DNA of 64,000 bases, from positions 131,238 through 195,237 of the forward strand of contig NW_021832384.1 of assembly GCF_006345805.1 (NCBI RefSeq), given 5' to 3'. Within the stretch, counting starts at the first letter, position 1. Each line of letters starts with the position of its first letter. Shown here piece by piece: positions 37,767-50,764 of the stretch. The position numbers and the translations under genes were made by a program. This stretch comes from Octopus sinensis. Taxonomy: Eukaryota. The notes beneath the pieces are model-generated. The model was not told the DNA's origin. It ran no database searches and saw only the letters and a program-made list of their open reading frames with translations.

Positions 37767-39481
37767 GTATGTATGCATATATCTATGTATGTATGCATAT
37801 ATCTATGTATGTATACATACATACATATATATGTATGTATACATACATATATATATATGTATGTATACATACATACATGTAAATATATATGCACACACAC
37901 ATATATAAATATAGATATATCATCATTTTAATGTATAGTTTTCCACGGTAGCTTGGTCAAGGTGAATTTGGTAGACAGACTATAAGATGCCTGTCATGCA
38001 TATGTATGTGTATGAGTGGTGGTAATGGTATGTGTGTGTGTGTGTGTATTTCTCTTTGTCTTAACATCAGTGTACTGTTTGCTAACAAATTCACCATTCA
38101 TGCGAAAACAGTGTCAGTTGTGTGCAGTCTTCTGTGAAAACGTGTCTGGCTATTTGCACTATTCATGTTCAATGATGTAGGCGGGGGGCAAATAATACTT
38201 TACTTGGAAAAGGTTGAAGTTTGGTGACAAGAAAAAAAAAAAAAGCCTATCTGACCATAGAAAATCTTCCCCAATGAGTTTTGTCTTTCGTCTGGCTCAT
38301 GCAAGAATGGAAAAGTAGATGTTAAAATGATGATGATTCTCATGATGAAGATGACATACATTATTGTTATGTACACAAACACACTCAAAGACTCCTTGTT
38401 TTAACCCAATCAATACAAAAATCAATACAAACCCATTTGGTCTTTTCATCTTTTATACTTGACATCTTATTAAATGATGAGATTGTCTCTGTTGTTGTTG
38501 ATTGGTCAGTTGTTCAGTGCAGATGTTGTAGTAGTGGTGGTTGTGTTGGTAGTGGAGGTTGTGTTGGTGGTGCTGGCATTGGTGGTGGTGGTGCTGGTAT
38601 TGTTGATAGTGGTACGGGCATGGTCTGGTAGTTGTGTTGGTGGTACTGGCATTGGTGGTAGTGGTTGTGTTGGTGGTGGGGATAGTAATTGATGTGGATG
38701 TAGTGATTGTGGTAGAAGTAGTAGAAATGGTGGTTGTAGTAGTAGTAGTATTAGTAGTTGTGATGGTATTGGTGGTGAGGATGGTAGTGGTGGTGGTGTT
38801 CGGATGTTAGCTGTGCTGGTAGCACTAGTGATACTGGTATTAGTGGTAGTCATTGTGCTGGATGTGGAGTTGCATGGCTTAGTGGTTAGGGTGCTGGACT
38901 CGTGATCATAAGATTGTGGTTTCGATCCCTGGACTGGGCGATACGTTGTGTTCTTGTGTTCTTGAGCAAAACACTTCACTTCATGTGACCCCAGTTCATT
39001 TAGCTTGCAGAAATAAATAGTCCATGATGGATCGCCAGCACCATCTGGTGGGGAAATATATGTGCCACGGAAACTTATGAGTCTATTATGACTCAAGAAG
39101 GATCTCATTATGCTGGATGGTATTAAAAAAAGGTAAATTTACCTTTCTGAGTCACACTGACTCATAAGGGCCAGTTTCCTGGTTTTATGGCGTATATATT
39201 CCCCACCTGGATGGGACGCTGGTTCGTCGCAGTATTACTCATTTTTACCAGTTAAGTGGACTGCAGCAAAGTGAAATGAAGTGTTTTGCTCAAGAACACA
39301 ATGAGCTGCCTGACCCAGGAATTGAAATCATAATCTTACAATCATGAGTCCAACACTCTAACCACCACTAAGCCACACACCATCCCCTGGATGGTACTAC
39401 TACTAGTAGTAATAGGTCATGTACTGGTAGTGATGGCAGCAGTAGTACTAATGGTGGTGGTGGTGGTGTTTGCAGTGATGA

Positions 39482-39519
<38 letters not shown>

Positions 39520-39880
39520 ATGGTTGTAGGTGTGATGGCATTCGGCTCATGAATGTAAGGTCGTGAGTTCAATTCCCGGCAACGCATTGTGTCCTTGAAC
39601 AAGACACTTTATTTCACGTTGCTCCAGTCCACTCAGCTGGCAAAAATGATTCCCGCCCAGTCTGGGAATTGAAACCACAATCCTGTGATGTTCCTTCTCA
39701 GTGGACTTGGTAGTAATATTTTGTAGTGTTGGTTGATGCATGCGCACCCGAGGTAGTGATCGTGAGTGGTGGTGTTAGTTAATTCACAGTGGTGGTGGCA
39801 GTAATGACCAGTGGCCTTCATGCGCCATTGATACATAGATGGTTCGTCTTACATTGTCCATGTTTACGTCTCTTTTGCAG

Positions 39881-40072
39881 ATTTGGTCACAGAAGGTGAA
39901 TGGTAAATCCGAAGAGGTCAAGACTGCGAAGAAGCGTAAACGAGCAAATGAGGAATCTGTAAATGGTGGTGGTGGCAACAAGGAGTCGGGTCAGCAGAAT
40001 GGCAAGAAGAAGAAGATTTTGTCACAGGAAACAAATTCTAAACTGACTAATTTTATGTTCAAAAAAGACTAA
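39881..40072 (+). CDS. WDHD1: WDHD1 terminal coding exon
   Basis: ttgcAG|ATT; IWSQKVNGKSEEVKTAKKRKR...SQETNSKLTNFMFKKD*, cf. vertebrate C-terminal KLSAFAFKQE (PARP-binding-like tail). Confidence 0.93.
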   Translation: MWSQKVNGKSEEVKTAKKRKRANEESVNGGGGNKESGQQNGKKKKILSQETNSKLTNFMFKKD

Positions 40073-40168
40073 TGGTCATGAAATATTTGATTATTGTATA
40101 AAGTATATAGTCACATTTTCACACTCATTGTTTTATACATTCATTCATATATATATATATATATATAT

Positions 40169-40332
40169 ATCTGTAAAATTATATGTGACAATTATTCAGT
40201 AGCCAAGATAAAACTCTGAGTTTCGGATGCCGAGGTGGAAATCCACCACACCATCTCTTCGGTTATCTGGCCATCCGAAACTCAGAGTTTTATCTTGGCT
40301 ATTGAATAATTGTCACATATTATTTTACAGAT
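40169..40332. mobile_element. Short foldback (61-bp arms) carrying a hammerhead-like fold
   Basis: Arms differ at 2 positions; - strand GATAA-CCGAAGA-GATG..CATCC-GAAA-CTCAGAGT-T-TTATC at 40207-40267. Confidence 0.8.
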
Positions 40333-40602
40333 AAATTTCCTCTATTTACATAATATTGAGGTCTCTTTCTTTCTTTTGTTATCTTACCGTTTTTACCAAT
40401 ATATATATATATACATACACATACATATGTATATACACAGGCACACACATATACATACACACACGTGTATATTTAATATGTGTGTATATATAAATATATA
40501 TAATGTTTAGTGTTGACTTTTCAAAGATAGACTATTCAACACCATAACAAGAGACTGACTCCACTAAAATAATGATAAAAACAACAATAATTGCATACAC
40601 AA

Positions 40603-40645
<43 letters not shown>

Positions 40646-41399
40646 CACATACATATGTATATACACAGGCACACACATATACATACACACACACACACAC
40701 ACACACCGCGCACACACACACACATACACGCACACACAAACACACACACATCAGTAAATGTTTTATTCACCGTTTTCTATATCAGAGGAAACGGATCTTA
40801 CCTAGGCATGTGTCTGGCAGTGATTATTTATTGATAAGAATGAACCAGCCTGAAATGCATCTGGTGTTCTTGCTAGCCGCTGCTGGGAGAATATTCATCT
40901 TCCTCCAATGTCTATAGTGTCTTTAAACACAACACTTCCATAACAAAGATGTTATCTCAGACAAATACCACAGTAACTTATTTGCCCGTCAAAGATGTAT
41001 CTATACATAAAGTATGATACGTAAGTGGCTACATATGTATGTATGTATGTTTGTTTGTTAAGCACTAATGATATGTAAATTAGTGACACCAGTTCTCTGG
41101 AGCTACTAGATTTCATGTGTACATAAACAGAATGATTACTTGTTTTTTTGTGGGATTTTCAGTGATGTACCTCTACACACCTCTGATGAGATCCCAATAA
41201 GACCCGAAAATTGTATATGGCTGTTTGTCATATCTTTCAGTCTACAGAGGAAACAAGTAAATTTGACATGTTTGTATGTCTAGTGTATATGTTTACGCAT
41301 CCGCACTCACACATATGCACACCCACCCACATATATATGTATATTTATGTGTACTCCATTACATATATAGGATGTGTTTTTTCATTTCGTTAACCAAAG

Positions 41400-41433
<34 letters not shown>

Positions 41434-41759
41434 TATATACAAGATAAGAAAATGGAGAAACACATCTAAATCAAATATCAATTACACGATAATACTCAAT
41501 CACATACTTTATTAAACCACCACATAAGAGACTGTAGGGTTACATATAAAAAGCAGAACAAATCAGTGTACATACAGTAGTGTACATTAAAAAGTGTACA
41601 TAAAAGAGTATGGATATATGTTATCCCATGGAGGGTTGCATTTACAACCCCTATCTCAATTTGTATATATGATGATGTATGTATTTTGATAGAAATGGCA
41701 AGACAACAAAAGAATGAAAGAGACCATGCTATTATGTAAATAGAGGAATTTATCTGTAA

Positions 41760-42145
41760 ATATAATATGTGACAATTATTTGGTAGCCATGATAAAACTC
41801 CGAGTTTCGGATGTCGGGGTGGAAATCCATGCCGGCATCTCTTCAGTAATCGGGCCATGGGAAAATGCTATGAAAATGACCATACATACAGATGCGCACT
41901 TACCCGATTACTATGATTACATTTTTACTCCCTTACCTTTACTCTCTCCCCTTAGCGGTCATTCTAATAGCTCTTTTGTCTTAATAATGGTCAATCACAC
42001 AGTAATTTCTCTTTGTTTTAACGGTCATTTTCATAGCATTTTTTTGATGGCCCGATAGCTGAAGAGATGCCGGCATGGGTTTCTGCTCCGACATCTGAAA
42101 CTTGGAGTTTTATCATAGTTACTGAATAATTGTCACATATTATAT
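41760..42145. mobile_element. Foldback (~122-bp arms, 141-bp spacer) with a hammerhead-like fold in each arm
   Basis: Arms 41760-41881 and 42023-42145; CTGAAGA cores at 41840-41846(-) and 42059-42065(+). Confidence 0.82.
42054..42114 (+). ncRNA. Candidate type I hammerhead ribozyme
   Basis: Stem I GATAG/TTATC, core CTGAAGA, stem II GATG/CATC (+CGG/CCG) with one extra nt, GAAA, stem III ACT/AGT, cleavage triplet GUU. Confidence 0.55.
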
Positions 42146-44662
42146 ATATATACACACACACACATCATCACAAAATGTTATTCACTGTATTGTATGTATA
42201 TCCTGTATATCTATGCACATACATTCATGTGTACTGTGTATTATAGTATGTCTCCGTGCTTGTGTGCTTATATGTATAGCGGTTGTTCTTATGATGTATG
42301 ACAGCATGTGTGTATGTGTGCATTTGTGCCCTGTTCACTTCTCTATTCTCAAGAATTTCTTCATTCTCAAGACTGCTTGTCTCAGATCATTTGGTGTGTA
42401 TGAATTTTCACTTTTGTTATTATCATCACCATCATCATCATCATTGTTTTTATGCTCTTATATTTTTCCATATTCCATACAGATTGAATTGGTCTGCCTA
42501 GCACTAACTTCGTTCACATTTTCTTATCCACAGACCAACTTATAAAACAGCCCAGGTTGCCCTCTCATGTTATTTTTGTATATACAATGATTTATAGAAA
42601 CATTCACATGTACATAACCATGCATAGACATCATTATATATATATATAAACATCATTATATATATATATATAAAAAGCACCCACTACACTCACGGAGTGG
42701 TTGGCGTTAGGAAGGGCATCCAGCTGTAGAAACATTGCCAGATAAGACCGGAGCCTGGTGCAGCCTTCTGGCTTCCCAGATCCCCGGTCGAACCGTCCAA
42801 CCCATGCTAGCATGGAGAACGGACGTTAAACGATGATGATGATGATGATATATATATATATATATATATAATATATATATATATATGCATGTATATATGA
42901 GTGTTTTATGTTGATATATAATTGTTTTCTTGGGTATGCTTTGCTTTGATGCTCACACACATATTTTACAAACAAATATAAGAGGAATGGCCATGAAAGT
43001 GGATTCCTAATATGCTAAAAACAGACATCAAATTGCCTTACCATGAAGGGTGTGTTCTCAAGAAAATTTCAGCAACTGCCAGAATGTAAAAATGAGCAAG
43101 GCAAATGAAAATATACAAAATACAACGATTACCTATGTACCATGGTTTCATTTGTTAATATTTACGAATGTCTCATTATTTAATTTCTATACATACATGT
43201 GTGTGTGTGTGGTGTGTGTGTGTGTGAGTGTGTGCATGTATAGGTGTTTGTGTGTGTGTTAAAGCATAGATTATCAAATCAAATACATTCTCTTCACAAA
43301 TTTTCATTGAAGTTTTTCTTATTTTTAAATAAAAATTTTAATCAATGAAAAACAAAAAAAAAAATGTTCTTTTTATAATGATTTCCTCAAAATACAACAG
43401 AAAAATAGAAACAAAAAATAAAAAAGAAATTATCCTTAAATTTAATTTTAGTATAATACATTTACAGTTGTCATTTTTCATGTTATATAATTGTTATTAT
43501 TATGCATCAAGGTCAGTTTAATGGCAGAATTAGGCGGTGAGCTGGCAGAAACGTTAGCATGCCGGGCGAAATGCTTAGCGGTATTTCGTTACGCACTGGG
43601 GTCGATGTAATCGACTTAATACCTATGTCTGTCCTTGTTTGTCCCCTCTGTGTTTAGCCCCTTGTGGGTAATAAAGAAATAGGTATTTCGTCTGCCGTTA
43701 CGTTCTGAGTTCAAATTCCGCCGAAGTCAACTTTGCCTTTCATCCTTTCGGATGACCACATTGTATCTATATTTGAAACCCATGATTTTTATGTTAACCC
43801 TTTCGTTACCAACCCGGCTGAAACCGGCTCTGGCCCTGAATACAAATGTCTTGTTTTCATAAGTTTTCAATCAAAATCTTTCACCAAACCTTAGTCACAA
43901 TTTATGTTCCTAACGCTAGCTTAATGATAACTAAGTTATTTTACCAAATTGGTGTCGATGTAATCAACTTAATCCCTTTGTCTTTGTTTGTCCCCTCTAT
44001 GTTTAGCCCCTTGTGGGCAATAAAGAAATAAGAATTAATAGAGAATCGTTCATAAAATGTGTCGTAGCTAGTATTTGGTAATGCTCCTCTTTTACATTCT
44101 TGTTTCTGCTGAGGCTAACTTTGTTTTTTCGTTGTTTCGGTATTAGTAAAAATAAAGTACCAGTCATATAGAAGATTTGGTTGAATCGACTAACCGCTTT
44201 CGCAGGAGTGGCTGTGTGGTAAGTAGCTTGCTAACCAACCACATGGTTCCGGGTTCAGTCCCACTGCGTGGCATCTTGGGCAAGTGTCTTCTGCTATAGC
44301 CCCGGGCCGACCAATGCCTTGTGAGTGGATTTGGTAGACGGAAACTGAAAGAAGCCTGTCGTATATATGTATATATATGTATGTGTGTGTCTGTGTTTGT
44401 CCCCCTAGCATTGCTTGACAACCAATGCTGGTGTGTTTACGTCCCCGTCACTTAGCGATTCGGCAAAAGAGACCGATAGAATAAGTACTGGGCTTACAAA
44501 GAATAAGTCCCGGGGTCGATTTGCTCGACTAAAGGCGGTGCTCCAGCATGGCCACAGTCAAATGACTGAAACAAGTAAAAGAGTAAAGAGTAAAAGAGTA
44601 TGTAGCATAAGCAACAGATATGACAATAGTCTAAGCAGTTTGGGAGCCAATAATATTTAATA

Positions 44663-44795
44663 ACTAGAAAAGTACTCGGAGAGCACAGACCTCCGCCAAG
44701 CAGCTCATTTCTACCCATATACATGCATGCTGAAAATCGCCCAATTTCCCAAACCAACGCTTGCAAAATCATAACCTCCTTGCTGGGGTTAAAAA
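44663..44795. mobile_element. Short Helentron-associated-type element
   Basis: AACTAGAAAAGTACTCGGAGAGCACAGACCTCCGCCAAG...ATAACCTCCTTGCTGGGGTT, with subterminal IR-like motif. Confidence 0.5.
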
Positions 44796-45101
44796 TAAAA
44801 ATATCACAGCTATATGATTCTAAAAATAAGCCCTTTAAAAACAGGAATTATCTGAAGCAGTTATAATACATCAATGACAACAGCAAACTAGTTTCACACT
44901 TCCTTACACATTTGTTCAAATCCCCAAAATGTTAATTTTTGCTTCTTATTTCCCCCAGTTCTCCAGAGTCAGTAAATATGAAACTGGTATTTACAAGTGA
45001 GTTCTGGGAACCGTTCCCCATTAGATCACCTACATTTCTCCATTCCTCCCCCAATATTTATGACCACATTGTATCTGTATTTGAAACCCATTATTTTTAT
45101 G

Positions 45102-45330
45102 TTAACCCTTTTGTTACCAACCCGGCTGAAACCGGCTCTGGCCCTGAATACAAATGTCTTGTTTTCATAAGTTTTCAATCAAAATGTTCCACCAAACCTT
45201 AGTCACAATTTATATTCCTAACGCTAGCTTAATGATAACTAAGTTATTTTACCAAATTCTTTGTTATATTTAAAACTGATTGAAAGAAACACAGAGCATC
45301 TGAAAATAAATGCAGTAATGAAAGGGTTAA
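45102..45330. mobile_element. piggyBac-like MITE
   Basis: ttaaCCCTTTTGTTACC...GTAATGAAAGGGttaa. Confidence 0.8.
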
Positions 45331-46904
45331 TGGAGTTTTTTTTTACTAAAAACTTTATTTTGGTTTGATGAAGCTGTTTGTTTTATTGTTCTCGTCTTTG
45401 AAGCCATATTTTTTTTCTCTTATTTCTTGAACAGAACATAAAGAAAAACAACATAAAGCATGTTTCATTTGTTTGTAATAAATTAAAATTTAAAAAATAA
45501 AATTAAAATATATTTTTAAAATTTATTTATTCCAACTGTTTTGGTATTTTCCTTTTGGTTTACTCTCTCTTTACTCTTTTACTTGTTTCAGTCATTTGAC
45601 TGCGGCCATGCTGGAGCACCGCCTTTAGTCGAGCAAATCGACCCCGGGACTTATTCTTTTGTAAGCCCAGTACTTATTCTATCGGTCTCTTTTGCCGAAC
45701 CGCTAAGTGACGGGGACGTAAACACACCAGCATCGGTTGTCAAGCAATGCTAGGGGGACAAACACAGACACACAAACACATACATATATATATGTATATA
45801 TATATATATATAATATATTATATATATATATACATATATACGACAGGCTTCTTTCAGTTTCCGTCTACCAAATCCACTCACAAGCATTGGTCGGCCCGGT
45901 GCTATAGCAGAAGACACTTGCCCAAGATGCCACGCAGTGGGACTGAACCCGCAACCATGTGGTTGGTTAGCAAGCTACTTACCACACAGCCACTCCTGCG
46001 CCTGATTATGTATTTTAAAAAATTTATTATTTTTCTTCTTTCTGGAGATGCAGATGTGGCTGTGTGGTAAGAAGTTTGCTTCCCAACCACACAGTTCCAG
46101 GTTCAGACCCACTGCATGGCATCTTGCGGCAAGTATTTTCTAATATAGCCTTGGGCTAACCAAAGACTTATAAATGGATTTGATAGATGGGAAAAACTCC
46201 CAGCGTGTGTGTGTGTTTGTCCAACGCTACTTGGCCAGTGTTGGTGTGTTTACATCCCTGTAATTTAGTGGCTTAGCAAAAAGGCCGGTAGAGCAAGTAC
46301 CTAGCTTAAAAAACGTGCTGGGCTCAATTCATTTGACTAAAAATTCTTCAAGGATGTGATCTGAAGATACTTGCCTTCACACAAAATTCACACAAAAACC
46401 AATGGAAATGTAAAAAAGGTTAAAGAACCCCTTCGGTCATGACTGACTGTGGGATTGCACCTAGAAAGTTACCCTCCAAAGCACAACTCCGGACAAGTTT
46501 ATTTATGGAAGACCGGCAGTTTCCCATGCGTACCAGCCTCTCCTCTCCATGCCACTGATAGCCAAGGGAAAGGCAAAGGGCCGATACAGGTTGGCACAAG
46601 TGACATCACAACTCATTTCTTCAGCTGAACGAACTGAATCAACGTGAAATAGCGTCTTGCTCAACCTGGTCTGGGAATCGAACTCATTACCTTACGATTG
46701 TGAGCCGGACGCTCTAATCACTGAGCCATGCGCCTTCACTCTAATTGGAAATATGCTTTGTACTGACATACAACTGGTGCTTATGTTGCTTTCTTGATCT
46801 CTCACGCGAGTTCTGGACCCCAGTTATGAACTCGTTTGCAGACAGCCAATCAAAGTTCAACTATGAAACTAATTTATGAGCGCCTAACAAGTGATGGGTG
46901 ATAA

Positions 46905-48031
46905 GACTCGGTAAACCACCGCCTATTGCTTGTCAAGCTTCAAGCATATAGTTTCCATCCGGATATTGTACGATGGGTTGGTGCCTTCCTCTCAGATCGC
47001 TCCTTCCAAGTCCAAGTTAATGGTTCGCGGTCCGACGTCTCCAGTGCGAGCAGTGGCGTGCCTCAAGGTTCAGTGCTTGGGCCCTTGTTGTTCTTAGTCT
47101 TCATAAATGACTTGCCCGACGACCTCACGCAACACACCCTTCTATTTGCCGACGATATCAAACTGGTCGCTCCTCGCGGTAATATAGAGGATCTTCGTCG
47201 ATGCCTCCACCAAATTTGGAAGTGGTCTAACAATTGGGACCTGCGTCTGAACGTGTCAAAGTGCTGTCATCTGCCTGTCGGCTCTACTCCTGCAACTCAA
47301 CTTGATTTCGAGCCGGGTCGTCTGCTGCTGGAGAGGACCGATCAGGTAAAGGACCTAGGTATCTTGGTGGATTCCTCCTTTTCGCCTTCGGCCCAGTGCG
47401 TCCATGCTGTCAACAAAGCACGCGGAATTCTGTTCTTGATTCGACGGTCATTCGGAATGCTCACAGCAGCCATATTCCTACCACTCTATGTCACGCTGGT
47501 GAGACCCATATTGGAGTATGGGATTCAAGCCTCTTCTCCTTATCTCCTCAAAGACATACAGCATCTCGAAAGAGTCCAGAAGCTGGCTACCCGCATGGTT
47601 CATGGTCTCAAAAATTTGTCCTACGAAGAAAGGCTGAGGACGCTCGACCTTTATTCTCTTGAAAAACGCCGCCGCCGTGGTGATCTCATTCTCGCCCACA
47701 CATCATAAGCGGAAAGTGTAACCTCTCGAAAGAGCTGTTCTTCACTCCTGCTCCAGAGCGTCGGCTGCGGGGCCATTCCGAAAAGCTCTACCTGCGACGA
47801 TTTCATCTCAATCGAAGGAGAGGAGCTTTCTCCGTCCGGGTTGCGGATCCGTGGAACAAGCTGCCAGACGAGATGGTGAAGATGCCGACGACCGCTTTGT
47901 TCAAAGCCTCCCTTGACCTCAAGTGGCCTGAACTCTTTACATGAACACCACCCTGTACTTAACTCCATGTCCCCCTACATGGCCTTGCTATTTGCTTTTG
48001 AGCCAAATTAACTAACTAACTAACTAACTAA
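46905..48031 (+). mobile_element. 5'-truncated CR1-clade LINE
   Basis: (D)SVNHRLLLVKL...SGVPQGSVLGPLLFLVFINDLP..LLFADDIKL; 1-bp deletion at ~47700 with the ORF resuming to a stop at 47942-47944; (TAAC)n tail; possible gataa TSD at 46900-46904 and 48032-48036. Confidence 0.93.
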
Positions 48032-48767
48032 GATAAAGGTCACTTGGTAATGAATGATCATGCTTCTTTTCTCTTTTAAGAATGCTTGTTGTTGTTGTTC
48101 CAACCATGACTGCCCCTGTGTAGTTATTTGTGTTGCTGTTTGCTCTGTAAAGCAGTAAGGGGAGAGGTTTGCTAGTACATCGCCCTCTACCCACATCTTT
48201 ACCATCTGAAGCCCTAACAAAATCCGATAATAGTTATAGATGCAAATCTATCTAATTGTCTCCTAAAATCAAGCATAACTTGGCAATCGTTCGATTTATA
48301 ACACCGTTCTTTGTCTTGAGTTTACTTGGTTGGGTGTGTTTGTTGTTTGTTAACTTGACAACAAGGTCAAAATGAGCTCTGATTGGCTGTATGCAAATGA
48401 GTTCATTACTGGGGTTCGGAATTTTTTTTTCCACGAGAGTTCCGGACCCTTCGTGGGGTAAAAAAATTTCGCGACCCAACCAATTTGAACATAGAAACAG
48501 GGAAAATATTTTTGCCGGATATGACCGGTTACATAAACATAACTACATTGGGTCTTTTATCAACGTCGTGACAATGAAAGAGCCAACATCTGCCTAATTT
48601 GAACTCGAAGCGTGAAGCAATGAAACTTAATACAACAAAATATTTACTCTGATAGACGTTCTGCCATTGTTTATAATCTTTGGGAAATGAACGAACGTTC
48701 TTGCTTTTCATCTCTTTTCTGAATATGAACCTTTGGGGCTATAGAAATTGTTATTCGTTGTTATACG

Positions 48768-49187
48768 AAGGCGGCGAGCTGGCAGAAACGTTAGCACGCC
48801 GGGCGAAATGCGTAGCGGTATTTCGTCTGTCTTAACGTTCTGATTTCAAATTCCGCCGAGGTCGACTTTGCCTTTCATCCTTTCGGGGTCGATTAAATAA
48901 GTACCAGTTACGTACTGAGGTTGATATAATCGACTTAATCCGTTTGTCTGTCCTTGTTTGTCTTCTCTGTGTTTAGCCCCTTGTGGGTAGTAAAGAAATA
49001 GGTATTTCGTCTGCCGTTACGTTCTGAGTTCAAATTCCGCCGAGGTTGACTTTGCCTTTCATCCTTTCGGGGTCGATAAATTAAGTACCAGTTACGTACT
49101 GGTGTCAATGTAATCGATTTTATCCCTTTGTCTGTCCATGTTTGTCCCCTCTATGTTTTAGCCCCTTGTGGGCAATAAAGAAATAAG
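48768..49187 (+). mobile_element. Family B SINE dimer
   Basis: Anchors at 48817 and 49001 (184 bp apart). Confidence 0.88.
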
Positions 49188-49629
49188 AAATTGTTATTCA
49201 TTGAGAAATGTTATATTCCATAGTTTCATTACTTAGCGAGAACGATTAATAAAATGCATGCAGAAAGTGAAGCGGTTTTGGCTTTCATGCCATTCCTAAA
49301 ATATGTTTTCGTTGGTGTAAACACTTAAATTGAAGCAGTTACTTCGACACAAACTAAAATCGTTATACAAAGGGGAACAACTGTAACGATAGAAACATTG
49401 TGTCAGTTACTTCCCTTAACAGAATTAAACTAATTTCTTCGAAACGACGTTACTTTTATAGATTAGTTCAAAAAGTCTGTATTGACCGATATGAAGTCAA
49501 TTGTCATCGTCTACCAAGGCAATATTTAATTCTTAGGTACATTTTTCCGGATGCAGACATTCGTAGGTTTCATCGAAATCTCCCTCATACATTTCGCTCA
49601 CTTTCTGGTTTTTTTTGTGGTCTGTCTAT

Positions 49630-49840
49630 CGTGAATGTGTATATATATGTATGTACATATTTATGCATATATATATATGTATGTATACATATCAATGTAT
49701 ATATGTATGCATATATATATGTATGTATATATATATGTGTGTGTATATAAACATGTACATATATATATGTATATATATAAATATGTATGTATATGTATAT
49801 ATATATATATATATGAGTGTGTGTATATATATGTATATAT

Positions 49841-49890
<50 letters not shown>

Positions 49891-50400
49891 GTATGTATAT
49901 GTATGTATGTATGTATATATATGTTGTATGTATGTATGTATGTATATGTATATATATATATATATATGTGTATGTAATGTATATATATATATGTATATGT
50001 ATATACATGTATGTATATATAATTATGTATATATATATTGATATTTATATATATATATGTATGTATGTGCATATTTACATGTATGTGTATTTATATATAT
50101 GTATGTTATATATGTATATATATATATGTATATATATATATGCTTATATGTGTATGTATATATATGCATATATATGTCTGTATATATATGTATATAATGT
50201 GTGTATATAATGTGTGTATATATATATATATATATATATGTGCATATGTATATATACACACACACATATATATGAATATATATAGATATGTATAAATCAG
50301 TATGTATATATATACATATGTATACACACACACCTACGCACGCACACGCACGCACACATACACACGCACACACACACACACATACACACACACACACATA
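49630..50400. repeat. Compound (TA)n/(TATG)n/(CA)n microsatellite
   Basis: Direct inspection; similar tracts at 1110-1790, 51489-52037, 60985-61100. Confidence 0.95.
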
Positions 50401-50764
50401 AAGTTGAACCTACGTTGAAAGCCAAGAAACAACGTTTGCTTTAGAAGCTTTGATGTGTATTGAAAGATACAGATAAGAAAATAATTTTATTCTCAATCGC
50501 TGGATAATGTTGATAATATAACAATTAACAGGATAAACTATCCATATTGTGGAGAAAAATTTATCGGTGTTAAACGCTTTTCCATTAAACTAAATTGCCG
50601 GAACGTCAAATTCTGAAAGTTTAGGATATATAAATCTAGTTTTATAAGACGCTATCTTCTATTAAATTCAGCTTAAGTTGAAAGTCAACAGAAAAAGGTT
50701 GATTTAGAAGTGTTGAGATATATTGAAAAGTACAGATAAGGAAATAATTTTATATATCCTGAAT

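Noticed and set aside
41183-41215. CTGATGA...GAAA motif
   Set aside because: Stems I and III do not pair convincingly; at best a very decayed relic.
44959-44996. + strand exon-like segment (strong acceptor, GTGAGT donor)
   Set aside because: Lies after the WDHD1 stop with no partner exons or homology; probably chance.
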